64,000 nt of DNA from Octopus vulgaris. Its lineage: Eukaryota. This document shows positions 1 to 11,470 of the stretch, piece by piece (position 1 is the first letter of the stretch; each line of letters opens with the position of its first letter). Under the pieces are notes generated by a model. That model had not been told where the DNA came from and ran no database searches. It saw only the letters and a list, made by a program, of their open reading frames with translations. A program made the position numbers and the translations under genes. Location of the stretch: positions 58,652,001 through 58,716,000 of the forward strand of contig OX597830.1 of assembly GCA_951406725.2 (NCBI GenBank), in the 5' to 3' direction.

Positions 1-367
1 AAACAAACAAAGAGGTGAGTAACAATTTGTCAGTGAATTACACAATATAAATGGGTACAATTTGCGAGGCTTCCACTACACCCCACTCCGTTTCACGGAC
101 CACAAAAAGGGTTTTGAGGCCAGACTAGTTGATTCCACGCAAAAAAAAACCCCGATTTTTCTTTTTAGTGAAAATCGTGCGAATGTTAATCTACAAATTT
201 AACAACATTTTTCCCCATTCATTTCTGTTTATGAATATGTATGCGTGCACAAAACATGTAATAGGTGTACGTACGTACGTGTGTGTATGTGTGTTCGAGT
301 CTGTTGCCCTTATATATTTATATTATATTATATATATATATATATATATAATATATATAATATATAT

Positions 368-598
<231 letters not shown>

Positions 599-627
599 TA
601 TATATATATATTCTTTTCAAACCTATA

Positions 628-1367
628 ATGGAAATGGCAAAGGAGTATATTCGGCATATTTTGCTTTATGAGTTCAATAAAAGCAACAACGCAACGAAAA
701 GTGGGAAGAATATTAACGCAGCATATGAGGACCAGACAATAAGCATAAGCCAGTGTCAATGGTGGTTCCAGAGATTCCAAGCCGGAAACTACAGCCTAGA
801 AGACGAGTCCTATCCTGGAAGATCTGTAGAACGGACGAGGATGTCCTGCAAATTCTGGTAGAACAAAATCACACCGTAACTGTTGAGGAACTAGCAGAGA
901 AGCTTGGATTTGGTAATTCAGCCATTCATCGACACCTGCGTGCCATTGGAAAAGTCAGCAAATTGGGTCAATGGGTTCCTCACAAACTTTCCGAGTCTAA
1001 TTTCGCGGCCACATACAGCCAGGATGACATTCCAAAGGCTGGAGCAGTTTGAATGGGAAACGATGCCCCACCCACATATTCGCCGGACATTGCCCCACCT
1101 GAGTATCATTTAATCCGCAGCCTTCAAAATCATTTGGACAGGAAAAATATGAATTCTGTAGACGAGGTCAGAACAGTGCTGGAGGAGTACTTTTCGCACC
1201 GGACAAGTGCATTTTGGAAGAAGGGCCTTGCAAGTCTATCAGGTAGATGGAAGAGCATTGTACACAATGAAGGAGAGTATATTTTAGATTAAAAAAGAAC
1301 TTTGATTATCTTAATTTTGAAAACTAAAAGTATTAAAAAACTACATTATTTATAGGATGGCCCAATA
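628..1367 (+). mobile_element. Defective mariner transposon (frameshifted, internally deleted transposase, 3' TIR)
   Basis: Overlapping ORFs give the HTH region (IRHILLYEF...QWWFQRFQAGNYSLEDE), WVPHKL (WVPHEL motif) and YSPDIAP-EYHLIRSLQN (YSPDLAP motif). Most of the DDD core is missing. TIR-like cattatttataggatggcccaa+TA at ~1344-1367. Confidence 0.9.
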
Positions 1368-2208
1368 TATGGTCAGTGGATCATATATCCAAGAAAGAAG
1401 CACACTCTATAAGTTTGAGCATTAATGTATGTACAAGAGGTTGCTTGTGTGGCAAATCATAGAGTGACCAATGGTTTCGCATCCACAAAGCGTCTAGACT
1501 TGTAGGCGGCTCCGTCTATAAGAAACAATTATTTCTTTATCACAAATACTTTCATTCATTCGAAATCTTTTTTATTACGTTTTTATGTAATTTATATTAG
1601 GTGTTGATATCCAGAAACTTGTCGAGCAACATTCCCTTCGACTCTTTGCAGTTTGAGTTCAAACTCCACCGAAACCTAATAAGTCCTAGTTGAGCCCTGG
1701 GCTCGCTGTAATCGACTGAGCCCCCCCCCCCCACTTCCACGCTAAAATTGGTAGCTCTATTCCCAAGCTTGAAGTAGTCATGATTATTATTGATGGCTGG
1801 TACAAAATGAAGGTTATCGGTCTCAATGCGTCTCTATTTCAGCTCAGATTTTACTGAATCAGATTTTGTGTTTAGACACAAACATGAGTAATAGGTATTT
1901 CCAGACTTGTACTTGCTATTGTTAACCACACCCTTTCCTGGCCGGATGTCAATGCAAACATGTCATACATTAATTTTGAGAATACTCTTTAACCACTGTA
2001 AGTCGCAGCAATTATTGTTACGTAACTCCAATTATAAACTGTTTGAATGATTTTCAAATTCTATGGCGGTTCTACGAAATAATCAAATGAATTCGAACTT
2101 CTACAATGAAGAAAGTATTTATATTGAAATAACTAATTTAATAGAATAAATTTCTCATTTGTTTATCTGCAATAAATGTATCTAGCCAACAACAAATTTA
2201 CTGTTTTA

Positions 2209-2580
2209 GGCGCATGCGTGGCTGTATGGTAAGAAGCTGGCTTCCCAACCACATAGTTCGGGGTTCAGTCCTACTGCGTGGTACCTTGGCGCCAGTGTAT
2301 TTTATGATAATCTCGGGCCGTCCAAAGTCTTGAGGGGATTTGAAAATCGGAAACTGAGAAGAGCCCGTCGTATGTGTGTGTGTGTGTGTATTTGTGTCTG
2401 TGTTCATTGCCCCGTCCTCATCAACCAGTGATGGTGTGTTTACGTCTTCGTAACATAGCGGTTCGGCAAAAGAAACCGATAAAATAAGTATTGAGTGGAG
2501 ATTCATTTGACTAAAGCATTTTCAGGGCGGTGCTGCAGCATGACCGCAGTCTAATGATTGAAACAAGTAAAGGATAAAAG
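2209..2580 (+). mobile_element. tRNA-derived SINE, family A
   Basis: Head ggcgca..gtggctgt.tggtaag with B-box-like gggttcagtcc; shared body and tail ...tgactgaaacaagtaaa. Other copies or fragments: ~4770-4910(-), 6030-6210, 6238-6640, 7790-7925, 9800-9968(-), 11480-11538(-), 17710-18130(-), 23949-24195, 26745-27060(-), 44130-44330(-), 61500-61665. Confidence 0.85.
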
Positions 2581-2622
2581 AATTACAAATGTAACTTGTT
2601 GACTGAAACCATGTTTTTGGCA

Positions 2623-3606
2623 CGAGCTATCAATTAGCCAATGAGGAGGGCTCTTCATTAGGCCTTGGGCCCAACAACGACACTTCATCCATTAGGTTCA
2701 TCAAAACAATGATATAATATGTCAACTTGGAACTTATTGCAAAGCTGCATGATAAACAACAGTACCACCACCATTGCTACTACATCTGCCATACACACAC
2801 ACACCATTCAGACTTCTGACGCCGCCACCACCATCAATCAATACCTTTGGCTTCATCGCCTATCCCTCCACCACCATCAGCACTGTCTTTCTTATCACTT
2901 ACTCGCAACGTCATCCCTGGTCGCTTCCACCACCAAATCCACCGCCACCACCACCGCCGCCGCCGCCTCTTACTATTATTATCCCCCCATTACCATCACA
3001 AAAAGGCTAAATGTGTGTGTAAAAGAATTGTGTTGAGTATGTTCTGTGTTCTAAGGCGGCGAGCTGGCAGAAACGTTAGCACGCCGGTCGAAATGCTTAG
3101 CAGTATTTCGTCTGCCGTTACGTTGTGAGTTCAAATTCCGCCGAGGTCGACTTTGCCTTTCATCCTTTCGGGGTCGATAAATTATGTACCAGTTACGCAC
3201 TGGGGTCGATATAATCGACTTAATACCTTTGTCTGTCTTTGTTTGTCCCCTCTGTGTTTAGCCCCTTGTGGGTAATAAAGAAATGAGTATGTTCTGTGTT
3301 CAGTCCCTCTTTCTCTCTCATACCCACTCTGTCTCTTATTACTCCCACTGCCACCATCAACACCACTACTTAAAAAAAAAACATCATCAACTCTCGCTAA
3401 ATTTCTTTACCTCTCTTTCTCTCCCTCTCTTTTTTTTCTTTCTCTCTCTGTCTTCGCAACTGTCCTTCCCGTCTCTATGCCTACTATTACTCTCACCCAA
3501 ACATGAGCTATAGTAGGAGTGTCAATGTATAGTGAGAGATGGGGGCGGGGCTCGAAGTGTGACACACTGACACACGGAAATTAGTTTTCCCATTTATTAT
3601 ATTAGA
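2623..3606 (-). mobile_element. Putative non-autonomous Helitron/HINE-like element
   Basis: Minus strand begins A|TCTAATATAATAAA (3606) and ends with an imperfect hairpin (aatgaagag/ctcctcatt) then CTCG|T (2623). Interior is low-complexity, no TSD, A^T junction. Confidence 0.4.
3052..3283 (+). mobile_element. tRNA-derived SINE, family B, full length with 18-bp TSD
   Basis: Head ggcggcgagctggcagaa...gagttcaaattcc; central gcctttcatcctttcggggtcgataaa. Flanked by tgagtatgttctgtgttc at 3034-3051 and 3284-3301. Other copies: 10490-10705(-), 12475-12880, 16640-17220, 20905-21325(-), 27730-27920(-), 28360-28530(-), 33070-33230, 45495-45685, 48497-48634(-), 53380-53519(-), 59540-59735(-), 61925-62135(-). 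Confidence 0.92.
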
Positions 3607-3782
3607 TGTTAGTTACTATAAAAAGGAGGAAATCTCCAAACGATATTTCTTTGGCGTATTGATTTGCGACATTGGCACAAAGACTTGATTTATCGTTGAA
3701 GAGCCTGAATGGTTGATGAATGGGTTACGGGAGAACCAGTCGATGGAACATCAAAAGAAAACGGACTGGAAAAAAATGTAAA

Positions 3783-4042
3783 TATTGTGTTGGTGTAATA
3801 TAATTATTGCGGCTTTCTTTCAACAAATTTTATTCAACAAAAACAATAACAACATTTAACAAAAACATCTTTAAATGACGGTCTGACCGTCTGCCAAGCA
3901 AATGGGAAGCAGTAATTGAAGTAGATGGTGAATATGCTCCGGAATAATCATTTAAAGATGTTTTTGTTACATGTTGTTATTGTTTTTATTGAATAAAATT
4001 TGTTGAAAAAAAACCCCGCAATAATTATGCACAATTCCAATA
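3783..4042 (+). mobile_element. mariner-derived MITE with ~95-bp inverted repeats
   Basis: Arms ~3783-3878 and ~3948-4042 are reverse complements. The spacer translates DRLPSKWEAVIEVDGEYAPE*, a mariner transposase C-terminus. Confidence 0.8.
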
Positions 4043-4985
4043 TTAAAGCTGTTGTTTAGCCCTAGGCCACCCTAGGTCAAGCAGGCTTTTGATCCAAGTA
4101 TTCCATTCGTGACTATTGTCTTTTTTATTTTTGTAGAAATAGTGTACTTAGGATTACACGTTTCCTTGTATCCTTCCCTTTTTAAGACGGCATGGTTTGT
4201 GATTTGACGAAGATTTCGCTGCTATTTCAAGCAGATCAAATGACTGCTTATAAGCTTCCTCGTTGGTTTGTTTTAGATTTTAATGATGTCATCTTTTGAA
4301 CTGTGCGACAGTATGATTGATCCGAATTTGTCTGTTTCTCAATGCGTCAACATGGCCGTGTGTGGTTAGAGCGACCTCAACAGCTGTTACTAAAGCATGG
4401 TGTTACAAGTTTATCTCTACGTTGGTCATATATTCCTTTGGTGTAATTTGAAACCTCCCTTTAACTCTTCTTGCCGCATCAACCTGTCAAATTTTCTAGG
4501 TTAACATTACTCAGAGAAAATATTTTCGATATTTATTTTTTTATATAGCAGTTGGCGAACAGATACAGAAATAGGTATAAGTATCAAATACAACAACAAA
4601 AAAAAAAAACAGCCCATCATTGGTTACACTGCTTTTCTGACAGTCTGTGTGACATGGAAGTGTCTGTAATTCAGTGTAGAATACATATCTCAAAGGACTT
4701 CCGTTGTAAAGCCCTTGGTTTTCGGTTTTTCTCGCCTATTTTTATACCTGTAATTGAAACCCATACATACAGTGGCTTCTGCACATTCTTCCTTTACTAA
4801 ATTCCCACTCACAAAACATTAATCGCGCCCAGGTTACAGCAAAAGTCACTTAGTGAACGTGCTGCGCAATGCGATCGAACTCAGAACCACACAATTATGT
4901 CTGCGCCTGTTTGTAAATAGCGTTTAAACCGGATAATCTCGTTACAAATCTCTTCTTCTGAAAGTCTGTCTTTATTTTATAAATA

Positions 4986-5150
4986 CAGGGTTGGCCAAAA
5001 GTCACCCGACAGTGATGCTGTATTGACAGGAATGGGAAAATGTGTCGCTCAAGAAGGACTTTGAACAATTTTCATGTTTCATATTTAGATGCTTTTATTA
5101 AATTCATTCAGTTGTTAAACATAAATCTTGGAATTAAATGGCCAGCCCTG
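4986..5150. mobile_element. Tc1/mariner-type MITE
   Basis: TA|cagggttggcca ... tggccagccctg|TA (12-bp TIR with 1 mismatch, TA flanks). Confidence 0.55.
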
Positions 5151-5159
5151 TATAGATTC

Positions 5160-5472
5160 AACTTGGCTTAGTGACTTAGTGGCTACGGCATTTGGCTTAC
5201 GATTGTAAGGTGCTGAGTTCGATTCTTTATTTCACGTTGCTTTAGCTTGCACTTAGCTGGCAAAAATGAGTTAGCGTTCACTTAGATGGTAAACATGAGT
5301 TGTACCTGATATTCAAAGGGCCAACCTTGTTACGTTCTGTGTCACACTGAATCTGCCTTAGAACTACATGCGTGTCTGTGGTGTACTCAGCCACTTGCAC
5401 ATTAATTTCATGAGCAGGCTGTTCAGTTGATTACAACTGGAACACTCATCGTCGTAATCGACGGAGTGCCAG
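5160..5472 (+). mobile_element. Degenerate tRNA-derived SINE, family C
   Basis: A-box-like gacttagtggct and B-box-like gagttcgattc, followed by a ~250-bp non-coding body. Confidence 0.55.
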
Positions 5473-6237
5473 AATATATTATAAAAGTATTTTTACACTA
5501 TGACGAGAGGGGATATTATCCACTACATATGTGGGAAATTCCATCCGTGGGTGTGTTTGTAAAGCTGTTAGTTAACTCCGCCTATATCGTTTTATCGATT
5601 TTGATGCAACTTGACACGTGAGTAGAACTCATGTCTGGAAACTTCATGGCATACTCAGATTGTTGAAAAAAAATCGATAATAGGGGTCCTTAAATATAGC
5701 CAAGGGAAATAACCCATTTATATTCCTAAATTATTTGGTAAAAATGTAATTGAGTATGCTTATTTCTTAGTATTTGAACTGTTAGAGTTATTTTCGAAAT
5801 TTATCCAGTACAACTCTTAAACAAGTAAATAGTATTTTTCTAAACAATAGATCCACTTATTTCGGTTAATAACTTATTCACGAATACAGCAACACTAGCG
5901 TCCCTGAGGGTAATATTCTCTGGGAACGCACAAAAGCCCTTTTCAGAGTTATTTACTTTGAATTGTTATTACCTCATATCTGATTAGCCTGTTATTACGT
6001 TACATGCTTCACGATTTTAGTATACATAACTTATTTGACGATTGACAACTGATGTTGGTGTGTTTACGTTCCCGTAACTTAGCGGTTTTGCAAAAGAAAC
6101 CGATAGAATAAGTACTAGGCTTAAAGGAATAAGTCCTGGGGTCGATTTGTTCGACCAAAGGCGGTGCTCCAGCATGGCCGCAGTCAAATGACTGAAACAA
6201 GTAAAAGAAGAAAATAATGAAAAAATTATAAATATTA

Positions 6238-6640
6238 GGCGCAGGAGTGGTAAGTAGCTTGCTTACCAACCACATGGTTCCGGGTTCAGTCCCACTGCGT
6301 GGCATCTTGGGCAAATGTCTTCTGCTATAGCCCCGGGCCGACCAATGCCTTGTGAGTGGATTTGGTAGACGGAAACTGAAAGAAGCCTGTCGTATATATG
6401 TATATGTATATATATGTGTGTGTGTTTGTGTGTCTGTGTTTGTCCCCCTAGCATTGCTTGACAACCGATGCTGGTGTGTTTACGTCCCCGTCACTTAGCG
6501 GTTCGGCAAAAGAGACCGATAGAATAAGTACTGGGCTTACAAAGAATAAGTCCCGGGGTCGATTTGCTCGACTAAAGGCGGTGCTCCAGCATGGCCGCAG
6601 TCAAATGACTGAAACAAGTAAAAAAAAAAAAAAAAAAATT
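6238..6640 (+). mobile_element. SINE family A, near full-length copy
   Basis: Complete head-body-tail matching the other family A copies, ending in poly(A). Confidence 0.9.
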
Positions 6641-6694
6641 AGGAATTGTATAATAGAAATTGTTAAAATATTTTGTGCATTGTAGAAGTATGAG

Positions 6695-7115
6695 TGTTGT
6701 GTGCATCCAACGATGACTGATGCATCTGGACACATCTTCACTGGTGTACCTGGTATCACCGAGTGTTTCGGGTCTTTCAACATCATACACCCTCCTCCAG
6801 GTGACCCAGCTGAGGTTGATCAGATCCCAGCTTGTATCCCGATGGCCAGCTCTCTATCCCATGGCTCTCCTCTTTTGATCCACAGCCATCTTGAGGCCCT
6901 CTCTGCCGAATCGGTGGTTCTGTGGATGGCCTTCCTCCTTCTCACTCCCTCGATGCCCGCTCAGACTGCTGAAGGCTCTGGTCCGGGAATAGGCTGCGAA
7001 ATCCCTGCATCCAACCGCCACTGGGAGACACCGAGCTCTCCAGCCAGCCCGCTGGCAGTTACTGACCAGACCCGCTAACTTGGAGAGCTTTCCCCCTAAA
7101 GCTTCTTCCTGTCGA
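6695..7115 (-). mobile_element. 3' fragment of an RLE-type non-LTR retrotransposon (HERO-like)
   Basis: Translation EEALGGKLSKLAGLVSNCQRAGWRARCLPVAVGCRDFAA resembles the C-terminal restriction-like endonuclease region as I recall it from HERO-clade elements; followed by a 3' UTR. Confidence 0.65.
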
Positions 7116-7922
7116 GCAAAAAATACCCTACATGGACCGCCCCACCCAAGGGCCATACATATCCCTGTTGAGAACTACTGATATAGCAGAACATATTTAA
7201 CGTTGCTGCTGAAATTTCTCAAAATAATTTGTCGGAACGGAGAAAACCTTCAAGACAAGCTTTAAATCGTTGAAAGCCTGACGCGCTTTACTAAATCTCG
7301 CTTTGCTCTCCACCTACGCACCTTCACCACGTTTCTTTCGGCACTTCAATCATTTTCCTTCATTCAATATGGCATTCCCAACTATGATGGGCACAGGGCA
7401 ATTCCTTTGAATATTCCTAATTTTTGTCTTTCTAACCTTAAGCCTCTTATTCAATTTTCACTCCTGTCTACTGCCCTGCATGTCTTTCTCTGCATGCCTC
7501 CAATATCCCGGTATATCAAGCAAATGTCTTTCACAAGGTTTGGATCCTTTAGTGTCTTCTCTTCTGGTCACTGAATGCTTGTTCGAATTGCGTAGTTTGA
7601 CGCATCATCAATATCGATCTCGTAAACCATTGGGAACAATATTCCTGCATCTTTCCAGCTTTTACTTTGGAAGATTTGACGGCTTGTTATTGAATATTAA
7701 CAAACGGTGTATTTTGGGAGGGACATTATGTCAATAATGAGTACACTCATTGGTTCTGTTTTATTTCTTTTACTATCATTAGCCAACTAATGGCTTCCCA
7801 GCCACATGATTCCGGATTCAGACCGACAATGTTGTATTTTGAACAAGTGTCTTCTACTATGGCCTGAGTCCTACCAAAGCTTTGTGAGTGGATTTGGTAG
7901 ATGGAAACTGAAAGAAGCCGGC

Positions 7923-8056
<134 letters not shown>

Positions 8057-8338
8057 TAATTTACAAAATACACACACTATTTAATTTAGAAAGGCAGATA
8101 GTAGTAATTTGCTGTCGCAGACAAGCGAACGAAAGGACCACGTCCTCATGCAAGAAGAAAGGACAGTAAACTATGAATGTTATTCTTAATTTAAATTTAA
8201 ATTTAATTTTATTAATAACTCTCTTCTCTTTATACATATTTTATACTTATTTTTGATAAGCTTTTTTCATAAAACCCGAAACACTTAAATTAAAACCAAA
8301 CCAAGTTTAAGAAAGTAGCATTTTCATTCTTGTTTATC

Positions 8339-8393
<55 letters not shown>

Positions 8394-8647
8394 AAAAAGA
8401 AGAAAATGCTGACAAAATAATTTAAGTTAGATTTTTTTCTCTTATCTGAGAGATAAGAGAAAAAATCTATCAGAAAGGAACTCTATCTCTCTTAAAAAAT
8501 ATCTTTTGATAAGCATAACAAATGCGCAACCGGTAAAAAGGACTTTCACCTAATTAAATACACACTCCCTTACTTAAATTATTTTGTCAGCATTTTCTTC
8601 ATTTCCTTTTTTTATATATCACAACTCGTGTTCCACATCTCCTTTTT

Positions 8648-8694
<47 letters not shown>

Positions 8695-8698
<4 letters not shown>

Positions 8699-9725
8699 GG
8701 AATTTACAAAAAAAAACAAACAAACAAAAACAAACAAGACAAATGACGAAGCTGGGGTGTGTAAACAACAAACAGATGTATTAGTTTAACGCTCGGGAAG
8801 TGAGAAAGTCTTTTACGATTCGAGCTTACACTTTGCAACAGAAAGAAACACAGAAATAAATAGAGGCAGAAAATAAAAAAGGCTTAGTGACTAACGATCA
8901 ATCATGGCAAATGCTGGTCAGAGGTAGTCAGACAGGAGAGCTAGGAAGAAGGGGAGATAAAAAAGTAGTGGTGATCCCAAAACGAAGGTGCGCGTACGTG
9001 TGTATGTGAGCGCGTGTATGTGCATGTGGATAAGGGCTGGTGACCTTGACGTGTGCGTGTGTGCATGTGTAGGTGTATGGATGACGGTGTGGGTGCAGGG
9101 AAGTGGTGAGTGCTAGTGTGTGCGGGGTGGTGTGGTATGGTATGGTGGTGTGTGGTGTCGTGGTGAGGTGTGTTGTGGTGTGGTGTGTTGTGGTGGGATG
9201 GGGTGTGATGGTGAAGTTGGGGGAAGCAAATGTGGGGTGTAGGTTGGGGTGAGAGTAGAGGTAAGGATGGGGTATGTAAGAGTGGAATGTGTGGGATGGG
9301 ATGTATAGGGATGGTGGGGTTGGAATGTGTAGGGGGTGGTGTAACAACGGAGGGGGTGACGATGAAGGGAGAGGGTGGAAGGGAGAAGGTGGGTAGGAGT
9401 GAAAAGAGGAAGTAGGTGTCAGAACAAGAAAGGAGAGGTGGGTGGGAGTGAAAGGAGGAAGTAGGTGTGAGAAGAAGGGAGGAGAGAGGAAGGGGGTTAG
9501 AGGAAGAGGGGAGGAGAGTTGAGCCCATGTGTCGCAAAGGAGCGAAGAGAGAAGATTAATTCCTATTCACGGCGAAGACGGGAGTCCGGATGGCCCCTGT
9601 GAGAGATCAATCCGAACATAGACAGGTGTTGTAAAGAATGACAGGTAGAGCGGAAATGGCGCAAGGCTGAGGTGTCATTGCCGAATCTGATGTCTCGGAG
9701 GTGTTCCGGTTCATGGAACACCTCC

Positions 9726-9730
<5 letters not shown>
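8695..9730 (-). mobile_element. Penelope-like element 3' part (GIY-YIG C-terminus, 3' UTR, terminal repeat)
   Basis: Minus strand reads EHLRDIRFGNDTSALRHFRSTCHSLQHL...LIFSLRSFATHGLNS. The terminal segment 8695-8860 recurs at 22835-22990, 45095-45205 and 61365-61480 and abuts (TA)n. Confidence 0.75.
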
Positions 9731-9803
<73 letters not shown>

Positions 9804-10261
9804 GACAGTCGTCTTTCAGTTTCCGTCTACTAAATTCACTCACAAGGCTTTGGTTAGCCCGAGGCTATAGTAGAAGACACTTGCCCAAGGTGCCACACAG
9901 TGGGACTGAACCCGGAACCATGTGGTTGGGTAAGCAAGCTTCTTACCACACGGCCACTCCTGAGCCTTAGTAAAACAACAAACAAACAGTCAATAGACGG
10001 GATTTCTAAACATGGTCCAGAGTCTGCAACTCACGCATGGCTCCATTCAATTGTACATAAAGCGACTCTTCACAATTCCATACATAAATCTATGATCTAT
10101 AAATAAAAAGAGAAATGCATGTACTTACTTTTTGCAGTGGCTCCTTGTACAAGACTTGTTAGGAAGTTATATAACATCAAGACAATAAGAAATTTCATGT
10201 TCAGCACTAAGACGGTCTCCAGGTAAAAGTCTAAAGAAAAGTCCCGATGTATTATCATTGC

Positions 10262-10488
<227 letters not shown>

Positions 10489-10839
10489 TCCTTTCTACTG
10501 TAGGCACAAGGCTTGGAATTTGGAGAAAGGGGTCCAGTCGATTAGATCGACCCTAGTACACAACTGGTTCTTAATTTATCGGCCCCGAAAGAATGAAATG
10601 CAAAGTCGACCTCGACGGAATTTGAACTCAGAACGTAGTGACGGGCGAAATACCGCTAAGCATTTCGTCCAGCGTGCTAAATGATTCTGCCTGCTCGCCG
10701 CCCTAATAATAATGATGATAATAATAATAATAATAATGATAATAATAATAATAATAATGATAATAATAATAATAATAATAATAACAACAACAACAACAAC
10801 AACAACAATAATAATAATAACACTAATAATAATAATAAC

Positions 10840-11470
10840 AAGGAGAGCACATCAGACAAATTGATGAGAAACCGCTGCATGGCGAATTTTGGAGAGCCAC
10901 TGAAGGTAAGTGGAACAAACACCTGGGCTTGGTTAAAAAGGGGGCAATTAAAAAAAACAGCCGACAGCTTAATTGTAGCAGCCCAAGATCAAACGATAAA
11001 AACAAACAATTTGTGAAAAAGCATATTTGGAGAAAATATGTCAGAAAAATGTAGAGCCCGTGTAATTTGGAACGAAACAGTGGCACACATTGTGACAGAA
11101 TGCCTCAAGTTGGCATAGGAAGAATATAAGAAAAGTTTTATGCTGGAGTATTGGAGTCGGAGAAATGAAAGATTTTGTGGAACTTTCCTACTGAAACAGA
11201 CAAGAAGTTAGAAAATAATAGACCAGATATAACGATTATAGATAAGGAAAAGCGAAGTTGTTTACCGATTGACCCATCGTTGCCGTGTTTGATGCCAGGA
11301 TCGTAAAGAAAGAGAGGAAAAAATAGAATCCTTTAAAATTTGAAATGGGAAGTACTTGAAGCATGAGAACAGTAAAGGTGGTGCCGATAATAATGAATGC
11401 GTTAGGAAGAGTCGGCCAAGATATAGACAAATGGCTAACGGGGATTGAAACGGTAGAGCTCCTAGAGAAG
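10840..11470 (+). mobile_element. Degenerate R4/Dong-clade LINE 3' fragment
   Basis: TWAWLKRGQLKKTADSLIVAAQDQTIKTN, then CCHC remnant ETVAHIVTEC and NRPDI-like RLE remnants; starts directly after an (AAT)n tract. Confidence 0.7.

Noticed and set aside
2719-3128. Pro/His/Thr-rich ORFs
   Set aside because: Arise from (CCA/CCG)n low complexity inside a putative transposon and run into a SINE.
6238-6310. tRNA-like sequences at SINE heads
   Set aside because: They continue into SINE bodies and lack a complete cloverleaf; not tRNA genes.
6755-6800. Hammerhead-like tgatg...cgaaac in the HERO-like 3' UTR (minus strand)
   Set aside because: No CUGANGA core and no convincing helix II.
7300-7740. Possible coding or LINE remnant (ORF 7480-7737)
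   Set aside because: No motif I could identify on either strand.
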